A stretch of 53,741 bases of DNA, the filler included, from Squatina squatina (taxonomy: Eukaryota), in assembly GCA_031763465.1 (NCBI GenBank). It is 3 parts of 3 records of this genome, joined end to end, with 100 filler letters (N's around TTAATTAATTAA, not from the genome) between each part and the next. Parts side by side here need not be neighbours in the genome. Positions count along the whole stretch, not along the records: positions 1 to 24,386 come from JARFOE010000203.1; positions 24,487 to 39,936 come from JARFOE010000080.1; 1 more part is not named here. One strand, 5' to 3'. Both the position numbers and the translations under genes were made by a program. The notes under the pieces were generated by a model. It saw nothing but the letters and a program-made list of their open reading frames with translations. It ran no database searches and had not been told where the DNA came from. Below, in pieces: positions 23,049-34,580 of this stretch. Each line of letters opens with the position of its first letter. The first letter of the stretch is position 1.

Positions 23049-24386
23049 TTATTTTCCCGGTGACTGTTGAACTCGCAGTTGAAAGTGTTGCTAAGGAAGA
23101 TTTGTAATGANNNNNNNNNNNNNNNNNNNNNNNNNNNNNNNNNNNNNNNNNNNNNNNNNNNNNNNNNNNNNNNNNNNNNNNNNNNNNNNNNNNNNNNNNN
23201 NNNNNNNNNNTTATTCTCAGCGAAGGGATTAAATTGAGATCAGCTGTCAAACAAAAAGCAGCAGGGGGAAGAAAAACTATTTAAAAAATACAAACATCAA
23301 AACTTGGCACAAAAATGGGGATCGTAAATGTTACGTATTCAAAATAATCAGGTACCTTGTTTTTTTCCCCCCAACCCCAACAGTTGCTCAGAGAAGGGAA
23401 CACGCCCTCTGTACTGTGCAGCCTCAGTTACTGGATGATGCTCACCGTGTTATGTGAAATGCATCAGTGAGTCTCTAACTAAGGGAACGAGCACTACAGC
23501 CACAAGGCTCCATGCAACACCCGCTCATATTAATAGATGTGGTCAACTGATCACAACAGAAGGTCAAACCTCAAAATGTGATCCTGAACTCAAAACACAC
23601 AATCGCACCCAGCACTCGAGGACACAGAAGCAATGGTATTTAACAGTTCAGATTTATTCTATTCCCCAACCCAAACTGAAATAATGTCCTCTCGTTGGCC
23701 TTGCATCAAGACCCAAACCATTTCCAGACGGTCCTTCTCTCCAGAGATTCAACACAGTCCCTTCTGCACTCTTCAAAGCCAAAAAGCTGTGGCAGTCTTA
23801 TTGTGGCAGTCTTATAGATGGAAGGAGATAGATGCAAGCAGATAGCAATTTTTTTTTGGTCCTTTCCCCCCGCTCATTACTTCTGTTCCTTGGTGGGGGC
23901 GTAGTACAGCTCAAGAGGCTTGCTAACCTTCCAAAATTTCTCATTCACCAATTCCAACGTCAGTGATCCATTGAGTGTCTGCACAAAAATTCAAAGAGAA
24001 AATTAAACAAAGATACTTCCCATCGAGAAGCTTTCCCGGGGAATAACATGGAAGCTTGTTTAAATAGACTGCCTATTGTTGCAGTGAATTAAAACAGCAC
24101 AGTAAGGTCCGAGGTTCATTCTGAGTTAGCAAATCTCACCCTAGGGTGATACAATTAACCCGAGGCTAGGAGCTCAAGAGAGTCATTATGCTCAATCCCG
24201 ACCTATTGCCAGGGACATCTCAGTGCAGCTGGTCAAGATCATGATCCTGCTCAGCTCCGATACAACTAGCATTTAAATAGCGCCTTTTGCGACCACCAGA
24301 TGTCTCAAAGTGTTTTACAGTCAATGAAGTAGAACATAATAAATAGGAGCAGGAGTAAGCCATTTGGCCCCTCAAGCCTGCCCCCC

Positions 24387-24486
24387 NNNNNNNNNNNNNN
24401 NNNNNNNNNNNNNNNNNNNNNNNNNNNNNNTTAATTAATTAANNNNNNNNNNNNNNNNNNNNNNNNNNNNNNNNNNNNNNNNNNNN
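24387..24486. other. Artificial scaffold linker (44N-TTAATTAATTAA-44N)
   Basis: Palindromic 12-mer with a stop in all six frames, centred in exactly 100 nt. Confidence 0.95.
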
Positions 24487-25562
24487 TGAACTCTGAGGGA
24501 ATTAGCTTTGGAGCAGGAGGAATGAATGCCTCTTGTGATCTCTGGATGTGTAATGGTAAACCCAAGTTGTGTTGAAGTTCCTTTTGAGTAATATGCCATT
24601 CTAATTCACTTCTGACTTTCTTGCCAATGAAAGCGGTTTCCATGGCTACAGGCTCTATTTGGCCTCTACTTGCTATGATTGCTGGAAGCACAGGTGGAGC
24701 TTTGGGAATCATTAATTCCAATGACTCTTCATACAGAGTTTTAAAGCCCCAGAGGTGAGAAATGAGTTTGTTCTTCAAGTTCATTTCCACGTGTTCAAGA
24801 GCCTTCTGTTCAAAAAACGGTATAAATGTTGGTCGTGGTTTTTTAAAACCTTCACCAGGCGCAATAAGTTTTGGTAAAGTTTTTTTTGGTGCTGGGGGGT
24901 ATGTTTTTTTGTAGGATTCTTGTACACTTGCTGGCAAATTATCCAGTTTTATATCTAGACATTGTTTTCTTAAACACATAGCTAACTGATCTTTGTGTTC
25001 TGATTTTACGATATTAAGCATAGGAAACATTCCTTTTTCGTTTTCTTTCATGAATTTGATAGCTTGTTCACACTGTGGTGCAGGCGATTGCCCTCCCTTG
25101 AGTTTTAAACAAACTGTTTTAAACTTACTATTTAGCAATGCCTCATTTTCTTCTGATATTTTTAATTGTGGCTTGATATTTTCTACTGATGGATCTGATA
25201 TTTCTAATTGTGGCTTGATATTTTCTACTGATGGATCTGATATTTCTAATTGTGGTTTGATATTTTCTACTGATGGATCTGATATTTCTAATTGTGGCTT
25301 GATATTTTCTACTGATGGAGCACGAGGCAAAAAACTCTCTAATGACAACTGAACAACCTTCGGGAGAGCCCACCGATCATTTATGATCCGTTTCTTTACA
25401 TTCAGCTCCAATTTTTCTTTACTCTCAGCAGCGAAAAATGCAGGCTCAATTGGAACAACTTTTATGTCAACATCAGGCTGTGGGTTGAACTCTGAGGGAA
25501 TTAGCTTTGGAGCAGGAGGAATGAATGCCTCTTGTGATCTCTGGATGTGTAATGGTAAACCC
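24487..25562 (-). CDS. Open coding segment of a repetitive protein with SPATA31/FAM205-like motifs; one 999-bp repeat unit
   Basis: Stop-free across the whole contig; three LExxxxxKxxxxxWGLP..xxxS..F.PxAP motifs; identical 77-nt ends 999 bp apart. Confidence 0.75.
25152..25318 (-). repeat. Coding 42-bp tandem repeat x4 (PSVENIKPQLEISD)
   Basis: Four near-identical in-frame copies within the ORF. Confidence 0.95.
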
Positions 25563-26484
25563 NNNNNNNNNNNNNNNNNNNNNNNNNNNNNNNNNNNNNN
25601 NNNNNNNNNNNNNNNNNNNNNNNNNNNNNNNNNNNNNNNNNNNNNNNNNNNNNNNNNNNNNNTGTAACACTCACAGATTTCTACTGGTATAACGAGCTAT
25701 TGCCAATATCAATATATAACCTGTTAAAAGAGCTGGGGAATGGATGCCTTGGTTAATAGAGGTCCCTGTGTTTAAGCTGCTTCTGGTCATTTTTCCTTCA
25801 TTATTTGCAGAAGGTCATTGAAAATTAGCATTCCTGAGGTTTCGCTTTATAAGCCTATTAGTGGCACGCATCAGAGCCCTTTCAGTAAACAACAATTAAG
25901 CACCAATACTTAAAGAGGCTATAAATCAGACTCAGATTTGCATTTTTACTTATATTGCTTTTAATATGCTTATTAGCAACCAATATTCTAATTACTCCAC
26001 ACTAGGATGCTTTCGATCAATATAACATTTGAGAGTCCAAATCATTTTCATTTTATTATTACTGTAGTGAAGAAAACACACAGCAAAGGTTAAACTTAAC
26101 AATTTGTGGAGGAAGAGATTTATTTATCTATCTAAAAAAATTCTGTAGGGCACAAGCATTCCATAAAAGTTGGAATAATTTTAATAAATCTATTGAATGT
26201 TGACTGTCACTAGGTTACAGTAATAGATAAGCAGCTTCCATTAATCCATAAATCCACAGGCATTTCTCCTGCTATATCATACCCCTTGCAGCCAGTCTTT
26301 CATTGCATAGAGAAATTCCAGTCTCGTATACCTTTAGGGCACAAGTGTTCCCAGAAAATTTGAAATAATTTACAGAACCCTTCANNNNNNNNNNNNNNNN
26401 NNNNNNNNNNNNNNNNNNNNNNNNNNNNNNNNNNNNNNNNNNNNNNNNNNNNNNNNNNNNNNNNNNNNNNNNNNNNNNNNNNNN

Positions 26485-27424
26485 AATGAATAGAGAGCTT
26501 TATATCTAAGTTTGATGATGCCACTAAGTTAGATGACTTATTAAGTAGTGTAGATGGGAGCAGAAAGTTGCAAAGGACATTGATGGATTCTGTGAGTGGG
26601 TAAAACTGTGGTAGATGGAGTTCAATGTGGGAAAGTGTGAGGTCATCCATTTTGGACCTAAGGAAGATAGATCAGAGCATTATCTAAATGGTGAGAAGGA
26701 CCTGCGGAGAAGCAGAGAGATTTATGGGTCCAAGTACAGAAATAACAAAAAACTAGTGGACAGGTTCAAAAAATAATTAAAAAGACGAATGGAATGTTCA
26801 CCTTTCTCTCAAGAGGGCTGAAATATAATAGGTGGAAATTATGTTAAACTTGTACAGAGCTCTGGTTAGACCTCACCTGGAACACTGCATTCAGTTCTGG
26901 GCACCACAACTCAGGAAGAATATATTGGCCTTGAAGAGGCTACAGCATAGATTCACCCAAATGATATTGGGCTAAATGAGTTAAGTTCTGAGGACAAGTT
27001 GCATAGATTTGGCTAGTATTCTCTTGAATTAGAAGGTTAAGGGGTGATCTAATTTAGGTGTTTAATGTGATTAAAGGATTTTATAGCGTAGATAGAGAGA
27101 AACTATTTCCTCTGGTGGGAGAGTCCAGAACAAGGGGGCATAACCTTAAAATTAGAGCTAGGCCTTTCAAGGATGATGTCAGAACGCACTTCTTCACACA
27201 AATGGTAGTAGAAATCTGGAACTCTTTCCCTCAAAAAGCTGTTGCGGTTAGGTCAACTAAAAATTTCAAAACTGAAATTGGTAGATTTTTGTTATGCAAG
27301 AGTATTAAGGGTTATGGAACCAAGGTGGGTAGTTGGAGCTAAGATACAGACCAGCCATGATCTAATTGAATAGCAGAACAGGCTTGAGGGGCTGAATGGC
27401 CCACTCCTGTTCCTATGTTCCCAT
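26485..27424 (+). mobile_element. CR1/HER1-type LINE, RT C-terminus and 3' UTR
   Basis: SKFDDATKL (from FADDTKL), MEFNVGKCEVIHFG, LVRPHLEHCIQFWAP, HFFTQMVVEIWN; ends GAATGGCCCACTCCTGTTCCTATGTTCC. Confidence 0.9.
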
Positions 27425-29449
27425 AAGGGTGAAAGATGGGAGGCCGACCAGGAGATTATTGGAATAATGGCTGTGATATTTTTATTCACGGAAGAATATC
27501 ACAACCATGTGTAACATACACAAACAGCATATCACATTCAGGATACTGCAGTAATGGTGACAGCAATCCTTAAAAGAGAAGAGCCTTCTTAGATCATGCC
27601 TAGCCAAAGTCTTGCTCATAAATCATACTTCCATATCTATACAGATAATGCATCCACATCCCTCTCCACGGCCCAATCATAAGTTGAAGTATCATCATCG
27701 TTGTCCAAGCAGGGAGACAGTTTATTGACTTCATATAAACAGCATCTGGAAGATTGAAAGCTACAATCGTGACAAGGTCAAATTAAGAAGAAAGTTGGAA
27801 GGGAAGTCAAATCTCCTAATTATCATTGAAAACGTACACTTGATATGGTATGTGAGAATTAAAGGGCTCGGAAACATAAATCATCCTGATATAAGAAATA
27901 TGTTAAAGAAAAAGGAACCACAATGAAAATCGATTGAACCAGAGCCAGAACCACCTTTGCAAGTGTTATTTATCTGATGAAGATGCTATTTCAAACACAG
28001 TGAGCTTTTCAAAATGACAGAAATGAAAAACTGACTCAGGATTAATGGAGGAGTGAAAAAAGTATGCAATAAAAGTGATAAACATGAAGCAAATTTCCTA
28101 TTAATGCATAACAAGGCAAGGACTCACTAATACAAAGAAAATCAAACCAAGAGTCAGAAAATAAATCAGGATTGACAGGTAGGAACAATAATTTAAATGC
28201 AGCACAATGCTAAAATATGAGAGTGAGCATTTCTGTATAACAGCTGTTCCAACCTTAGGAAAAGCAGAAGGAATAGTAATTACTTAAAAATAAACAAAAC
28301 TGCTGAGGGCCATTAGAAAAATTACAAATTATGGATTGGCTGTGAAATAAAGCATTGATGAAAGTTTGACAAAAACCTGTCATGAGCTACAGCGAGAATT
28401 TTTATTTTTCAGTTTTCCTTCTTATCTAACGCTATAAGTCATGAAGTACGGAGACTCTGGGAGCCAGATCTGAGAATTGGATGCAAAGGTCAGCGCATCT
28501 GATTTGTTTGCAGTTTTGTGGCACTAACGTTAATGGGTGGAAAATCAGATGTGGCGCAAATTATGTCCGCTTAAATTTGGAGCTAGTGCTTCCTGTCAAT
28601 TGAAACTCCATNNNNNNNNNNNNNNNNNNNNNNNNNNNNNNNNNNNNNNNNNNNNNNNNNNNNNNNNNNNNNNNNNNNNNNNNNNNNNNNNNNNNNNNNN
28701 NNNNNNNNNNNGAATGGCCTACTCCTTATGTTCCCATTCTGAAACTCGTTATTTAAACCAATATAATAAATGTATGGGAAAACTTGAAAACTTCCAGTTA
28801 TTATTTTTCATCATTTTTTGAACAGTAATACTCCAAATATATTGAAGCTTATTTGAAGTGTGGTTTAATTCCGCTACTCCATTAATAACAAATGCTCACA
28901 AATCCTTCCTCCTTTAGGCGGTCATGACTGAGTTGTTAGAAAGGAAATGATTTCCAATTACTGTCTGGCAATGCTTAAGTTCTTGTATGATTTATACACA
29001 ATTCATCAGTGAATTAAATTATCTACAGCAGGTGGCATTTTCATAACAAATATATTGCCACCGACAAAAGCTGTAATGCCACAGATCTTTTGAAACAAAT
29101 GGAACACTTTCTAATTCATTTGATGAATCACCTGGCACAGGTCAGCATGCACATTTCTGAAGTACGTGCATGACTGAGGCCAGTGAGTTTTACCACCAAA
29201 TGATTTTCTGTTTTTGCAACCTGCATTTAAATGCATTTTTTTTGCGCTTTTTGTGAAAAATTGCAATTGTTCGGAAGCAAATGACACGAGATATGGTAAA
29301 TTTAGAATTTTGTGGGAAACACTGTGAAATACACAACATAAAAAATCACTTGTTCTTTGAGTGAGGTCCTTATAGGAAATGGTGTAACCATGACAGCCCT
29401 GTACAGCTACTGTACACTGAAGAACATATTGAAGCATCATTGACTGGTT

Positions 29450-29745
29450 ACTGTAGTGTAATGTTTATGTTACTCGACTAGTAATCCAGAGACCTGGATT
29501 AATAATGCAGACAATGTGAGTTCAGATTTCACCATGACAGTTTAAATTTAGTTTTTTTTTTATGTGAATCTGAAAATAAAAAAACGGTATTAGTAAAAGT
29601 GATCATGAAGCTGGCGGATTGTCATAAAAACCCAACTGGTTCACTAATGTCCTTTCGGGAAGGAAGCTTTTTGTCCTTACCTGGTCTGACCTGTATGTGA
29701 ATCCAGTCCTGCACCAACGTGGTTGACCTTTAATTGTCTTGTGGG
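29450..29745 (+). mobile_element. tRNA-derived SINE
   Basis: tRNA-like head (GTAGTGTAATG...GTGAGTTCAGAT) and body GGTTCACTAATGTCCTTT..GGAAGG shared with two other copies in the window. Confidence 0.7.
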
Positions 29746-29865
29746 AGTTGTGTACAGGCCACCTANNNNNNNNNNNNNNNNNNNNNNNNNNNNNNNNNNN
29801 NNNNNNNNNNNNNNNNNNNNNNNNNNNNNNNNNNNNNNNNNNNNNNNNNNNNNNNNNNNNNNNNN

Positions 29866-30612
29866 TGAACTGACTGTGGTGGCAGAGAACACCAAGAGTC
29901 TAGCTCTGAGGACCCCCATCAAGATACAGCTCATAGATCAAAACGACAATTCTCCCATCTTCACCAACTCTTTCGTTGAAGTGACCATTGAAGAGAACAA
30001 CCCTCCCAACAGCTTCCTCATTAAAGTGAAGGCCACAGACGATGACAGCGGAGAAATGGGGACCATCACTTATGCTCTGGGCCCAAATGTGCCTCCCATC
30101 TTTGTTTTAGATAAATTCAGTGGGGGGTTGACAGTGTCAACATCCTTGGATAGAGAAGAACAGGAAAAGTACAGACTCATCATCAGAGCTATAGATGGTG
30201 GGTCTCCACCCCGAGAATCCACCGCCACGGTTCTTCTCACTGTCCTTGATACCAATGACAACAGCCCCAGGTTCATCAACAAGGACTTCAATTTCTTTGT
30301 TCCCGAAGACTATCCGAGTTTTAGCGAAATCGGTGTGATTGGGGTTATCGATCCTGATGTTGGAAATAATGGCTGGGTGGCCTTGTCCATAATCAATGAC
30401 AGTGAGCACTTTGTCATAGACACGGGCAAGGGGAAGCTCATGGCGAATGCCCCCTTGGACAGGGAACAGCAGAGCTCTTACATTCTCTGGGTTCAAGCAC
30501 TGGATGGAGGAGAGCCTGCTCTGTCTGCTGTTGCTAAAGTGACAGTGCTTCTAATAGATGTCAATGATAATCCACCCTTGGTCTTGTTCCCTCAGTCGAA
30601 CCTCTCTTTTCT
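29866..30612 (+). CDS. PCDH20: Protocadherin-20, ectodomain repeats (partial)
   Basis: DQNDNSP, LDREEQEKY, DTNDNSPRFINKDFNFFVPE, NGWVALS, LDREQQSSY, NDNPPLVLFPQSN closely follow the recalled PCDH20 sequence. Confidence 0.9.
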
Positions 30613-30712
30613 NNNNNNNNNNNNNNNNNNNNNNNNNNNNNNNNNNNNNNNNNNNNNNNNNNNNNNNNNNNNNNNNNNNNNNNNNNNNNNNNNNNNNNNN
30701 NNNNNNNNNNNN

Positions 30713-31362
30713 TGTGGCTACAGTGACAGTGCTTGTAATAGCTGTCAATGATAATCCACCCTTGGTCTTGGTCCCTCAGTCGAACCTCTCATTTCTTCTG
30801 GTGCTCCCATCCACAGTCCCTGGCTCTTCCATTACTGAAGTGTATGCTGTTGATAAAGACACAGGAATGAATGCTGTCATTGCTTACAGCATCGTTGGCC
30901 ATAGAGGACCCCGTCCAGAGACCTTCGTCATTGACACAGGCACTGGTAACATCACATTGCATGAGGCTTTGGTGAAGAATGACCATGGATTGTACAGACT
31001 GTTAGTCAAAGTCAGTGATCATGGTTACCCAAAACCACTTCACACGACAGTTATAGTCAACCTTTTCGTCAATGAAACGTTAAGCAATGAGAGCTACATA
31101 GAAAGCCTGCTGAGAAAAGATCCTGACATCAGGATAGAGGAAAGCCTACCAGAGACAAGGACTGACCCTTTTCATACAGAGCTGGACATATTTCCATGCC
31201 AGATTGTGATGATAGCACTATCAGCTTTATGTTTTGGGCTTTTGACCTTGGTATTTGCTTTGGTGTGCTACATTTCACTTAGAAAAAGGAAGCACAGAAG
31301 TAAAGAGTACAGTGTTGCAGAGGTTGAGATCCCATTAAACAAAAAAATAGCTTCATATACTT
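30713..31362 (+). CDS. PCDH20: Protocadherin-20, last cadherin repeat, TM segment and short tail (partial)
   Basis: EVYAVDKDTGMNAVIAYSI, GPRPE, LLVKVSDHGYP, SNESYIESLLRK, hydrophobic TM, EVEIPL; the stop lies in the gap. Confidence 0.9.
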
Positions 31363-33739
31363 NNNNNNNNNNNNNNNNNNNNNNNNNNNNNNNNNNNNNN
31401 NNNNNNNNNNNNNNNNNNNNNNNNNNNNNNNNNNNNNNNNNNNNNNNNNNNNNNNNNNNNNNACAAGTTCTTTCTTCTTTTTTCTTAAAATGGATGCATT
31501 CACTTAACAATCAGCATTCCCAAAGCCAGTTGCATAGAAGAGGTAACAGTGTAAATAGCTAAGCAAGTACTAAATACTGGACTATATCAATTCAAGCTGC
31601 AACATCAGAGAAAACAATTCACACTCAATCAACACAGAAGAGAAAGTGCCATTTAATCAGGACAAACTGTTGCAATATAGATTATAGAGGTGCCATTCAA
31701 ATTAGAATCATTTTTTTCCTATTAAGATCACAACCTGAAACTGAAAAGGTCACAGTGTTGACAATGAATCCACTCTCCTAAGCCCTGTGTAATGTAATAT
31801 CAGTCTTTGTTTGATCGACGTTTGTTTCTGAGCTTGCCATTAAACCGACAGACGTATAAAAGGGATCAGGAAATGTGATCACTCAACCCCTGATAGGAAT
31901 AACTTGTTTGTCTGCACAATCAATAATTTAAAGTAATTTCAGATGCAACATGCACATGTATTTTTCTAGAATGTTGTGATGCAGAATTGACTAGGTAGAT
32001 ATTTTTGGTATTCTGGAACAGAGATTAATTTTTAAAAACTCATTAAAGTTGCAATGCTTGTCTCCTGCTTCTTCCTGGGCCTATTTGGAGAACTTCAAAC
32101 GTTCAACATTTTACGGATTTTGCCTATTTATTTTACTTCAGTAATTCATTTATTGATGCTCACCATTAAATCAGCTTTTGAAAATAGCTTAGTTGTTTAT
32201 GCCAGACTGCATATCTAACAGGACCTGCTACATTCCTAAAGTCTGCACAGAATACCAGAGGTGGAGCTTTGCACATTGCTGCTAGTCTCAGTGAAAGTCT
32301 CTCCTGAGGAATTCCATTGCCTGGAATTCTGTTCCTCCTAAAAGTCCCTCAAGCTCCCAACAGAAATTTTCAAAACATTTTTGTGTTCTCCACAATCCCC
32401 AGAATAAACACCAAAAGATATCAAGCCCATATATTATATTATCCCAAATCAACAAGGCTTTGATTAAATGATCTGGTGTGGTAATTAAAAGCCAATCTTG
32501 CTTAGAATCACCTGAAGTTATTGCTACTCTGTTGCACTAATAGAAAAGAATGAAGTAAAAAAGAGTTGACTTGTGGCACACTATTGTATGGTGTTCAGTA
32601 ACACTGATTTTGAATTTCTTTGTAGTGTATGCAGCACACATTAGTATTTTGTTGTTGAGAAGATTGAACATCAGTTGAACAGCTTCAGTAAAGTAAAAAG
32701 TGCTGCTCTATCTATGAGCACCCAGAGAATGATCATTTCATCTGTAAATTTATCTGGACTAGCAGTGCATTGGGTTTAACACACTGCCCTTTCATAAAAT
32801 TAAATTATAGNNNNNNNNNNNNNNNNNNNNNNNNNNNNNNNNNNNNNNNNNNNNNNNNNNNNNNNNNNNNNNNNNNNNNNNNNNNNNNNNNNNNNNNNNN
32901 NNNNNNNNNNCAACTTCTAACAGCTCCTGCCTCTATTAAAAGCTAAATGTGAGAATGCATGAATTATTTACTAACTTTCAAGCGATGCGATTGGAGTGAA
33001 AGCTTGTGTGGGTGTTGCAGCTGAGGTTTCAGTATTCCTACTCTGACCAGTTCAGTCATGTCTGAGCTGGAAGCAGGAAAGTGATATGGAGATGTGCGAG
33101 TTCCTTTCTTCCTGGCTCCATAGGTGCATTGAGATCCCTACACCAATTTCCTCAGGTACAAGGGGCGCTTTACCTCAGGGATGTATTAGATGTTGCTGTT
33201 CTAACACTTCTCCCCTTTTGGAAAATTTCTCATCTCTCCACTTCATGTCATATAATTTTTCTCTCCTTCAACTTCCTTTTCCCTGCAGATCAAGTATTCA
33301 CGTATGTGACTATCTCTGTCCACACACTAGCTCCAGGACACTGCATGCCTGTTGAAAAATGTGGCTTTGTTCATCTCTCACCACGAAATAATTGAAATCC
33401 TATTCTTTAAAATGTTTTCTTTCTACTTCAGCTCTCTACTGCATTGCTGCAGCAGCTGCTAATGTTCATTATTATTTTTAACTATTTCATATCCTGTAAG
33501 TCCCCGCCTTGAGTCCACTTGTTTATAGTTCCATATGACTAAATACACAACTATAAAGATTTTGTATCAATTGAACCTCAGATCTGATTGAGAAGCTCAA
33601 TGGGATATGTACAAACCTGAGGAATAGAATACCTAAAATGTTCAATATCTATTATGCATTAATGAAGGGTGACCAACTGCCCAATAGTATATTGCAGAAG
33701 AAGTTATGTCATACTTATGCTTCATTGACTCAAACACCA

Positions 33740-34580
33740 TGGGCGCCAAATTCGTTTTTTTTTGCCGACATTAAACTGGTGCTAAAAGGACGTTAAGGGC
33801 TGAATGCCGATTTTGGGCATTAAATTTATCGCTGCGAAGTTCGGCCCCCATTAATGCTGGCACTAAATGGGCACTAACCCTTTAAGGCTCAAAACGCAAA
33901 GTTCAGCATCAGAGTGACTCAATGACGTCATCAGTGGGCGCAAGGCCCAAAATGGCCGCCCGCTGTAGAATTCGATAAGGCTGCTGAGCCTTAAAACTAG
34001 CTGTGACAACACCCCATTTTTTGAGCATTGACATGCCTCATCTGATGACTTTCAGTGCTATTGAAGGCACTGGNNNNNNNNNNNNNNNNNNNNNNNNNNN
34101 NNNNNNNNNNNNNNNNNNNNNNNNNNNNNNNNNNNNNNNNNNNNNNNNNNNNNNNNNNNNNNNNNNNNNNNNNAGTGAGGCTACGAAGTAAAGAGTCATG
34201 TGATGAGCGCGTCACGGAGCCGCTGAGCAAAGATAAAATTAAGCCTAATCTCACTGCTTTAACTTGCGCTCGATTCTCTGAGCTGAGGCCTGTGTCACCG
34301 CTGAAAAATCCAGGTGTTTTCACCGCTGGGTTTAGTGCACACTGACACTGTTAAATATCGGGCGGGCGGCCATTTTGGGCGCCGCGCGCACTTATGACAT
34401 CATAGCGCCATGATAAAGTTTCNNNNNNNNNNCATGGAGCCTCAGAGGCCTTGCGCCAGTTTGGCGCCGGCGTGAATGGGACCCGAATTTTGCACCCGCA
34501 TTTGGACGTCCAAAATGCATGTACGCCCGTTTTGTGCTGATTTTGCGCCAAAAGTTTACCCGCGAATTGGACGCCCCAAA
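33740..34580. mobile_element. GC-rich foldback/MITE-like element with long imperfect inverted arms (spans two gaps)
   Basis: 33922-33963 is an imperfect reverse complement of about 34361-34403; the termini TGGGCGCCAAATTCG and CGAATTGGACGCCCCA are also inverted. Confidence 0.5.

Noticed and set aside
30527-30800. Apparent internal duplication in PCDH20
   Set aside because: The same about 85 nt flank both sides of a 100-N gap, with about six substitutions concentrated at the contig edge; most simply an unmerged overlap with read-end errors.
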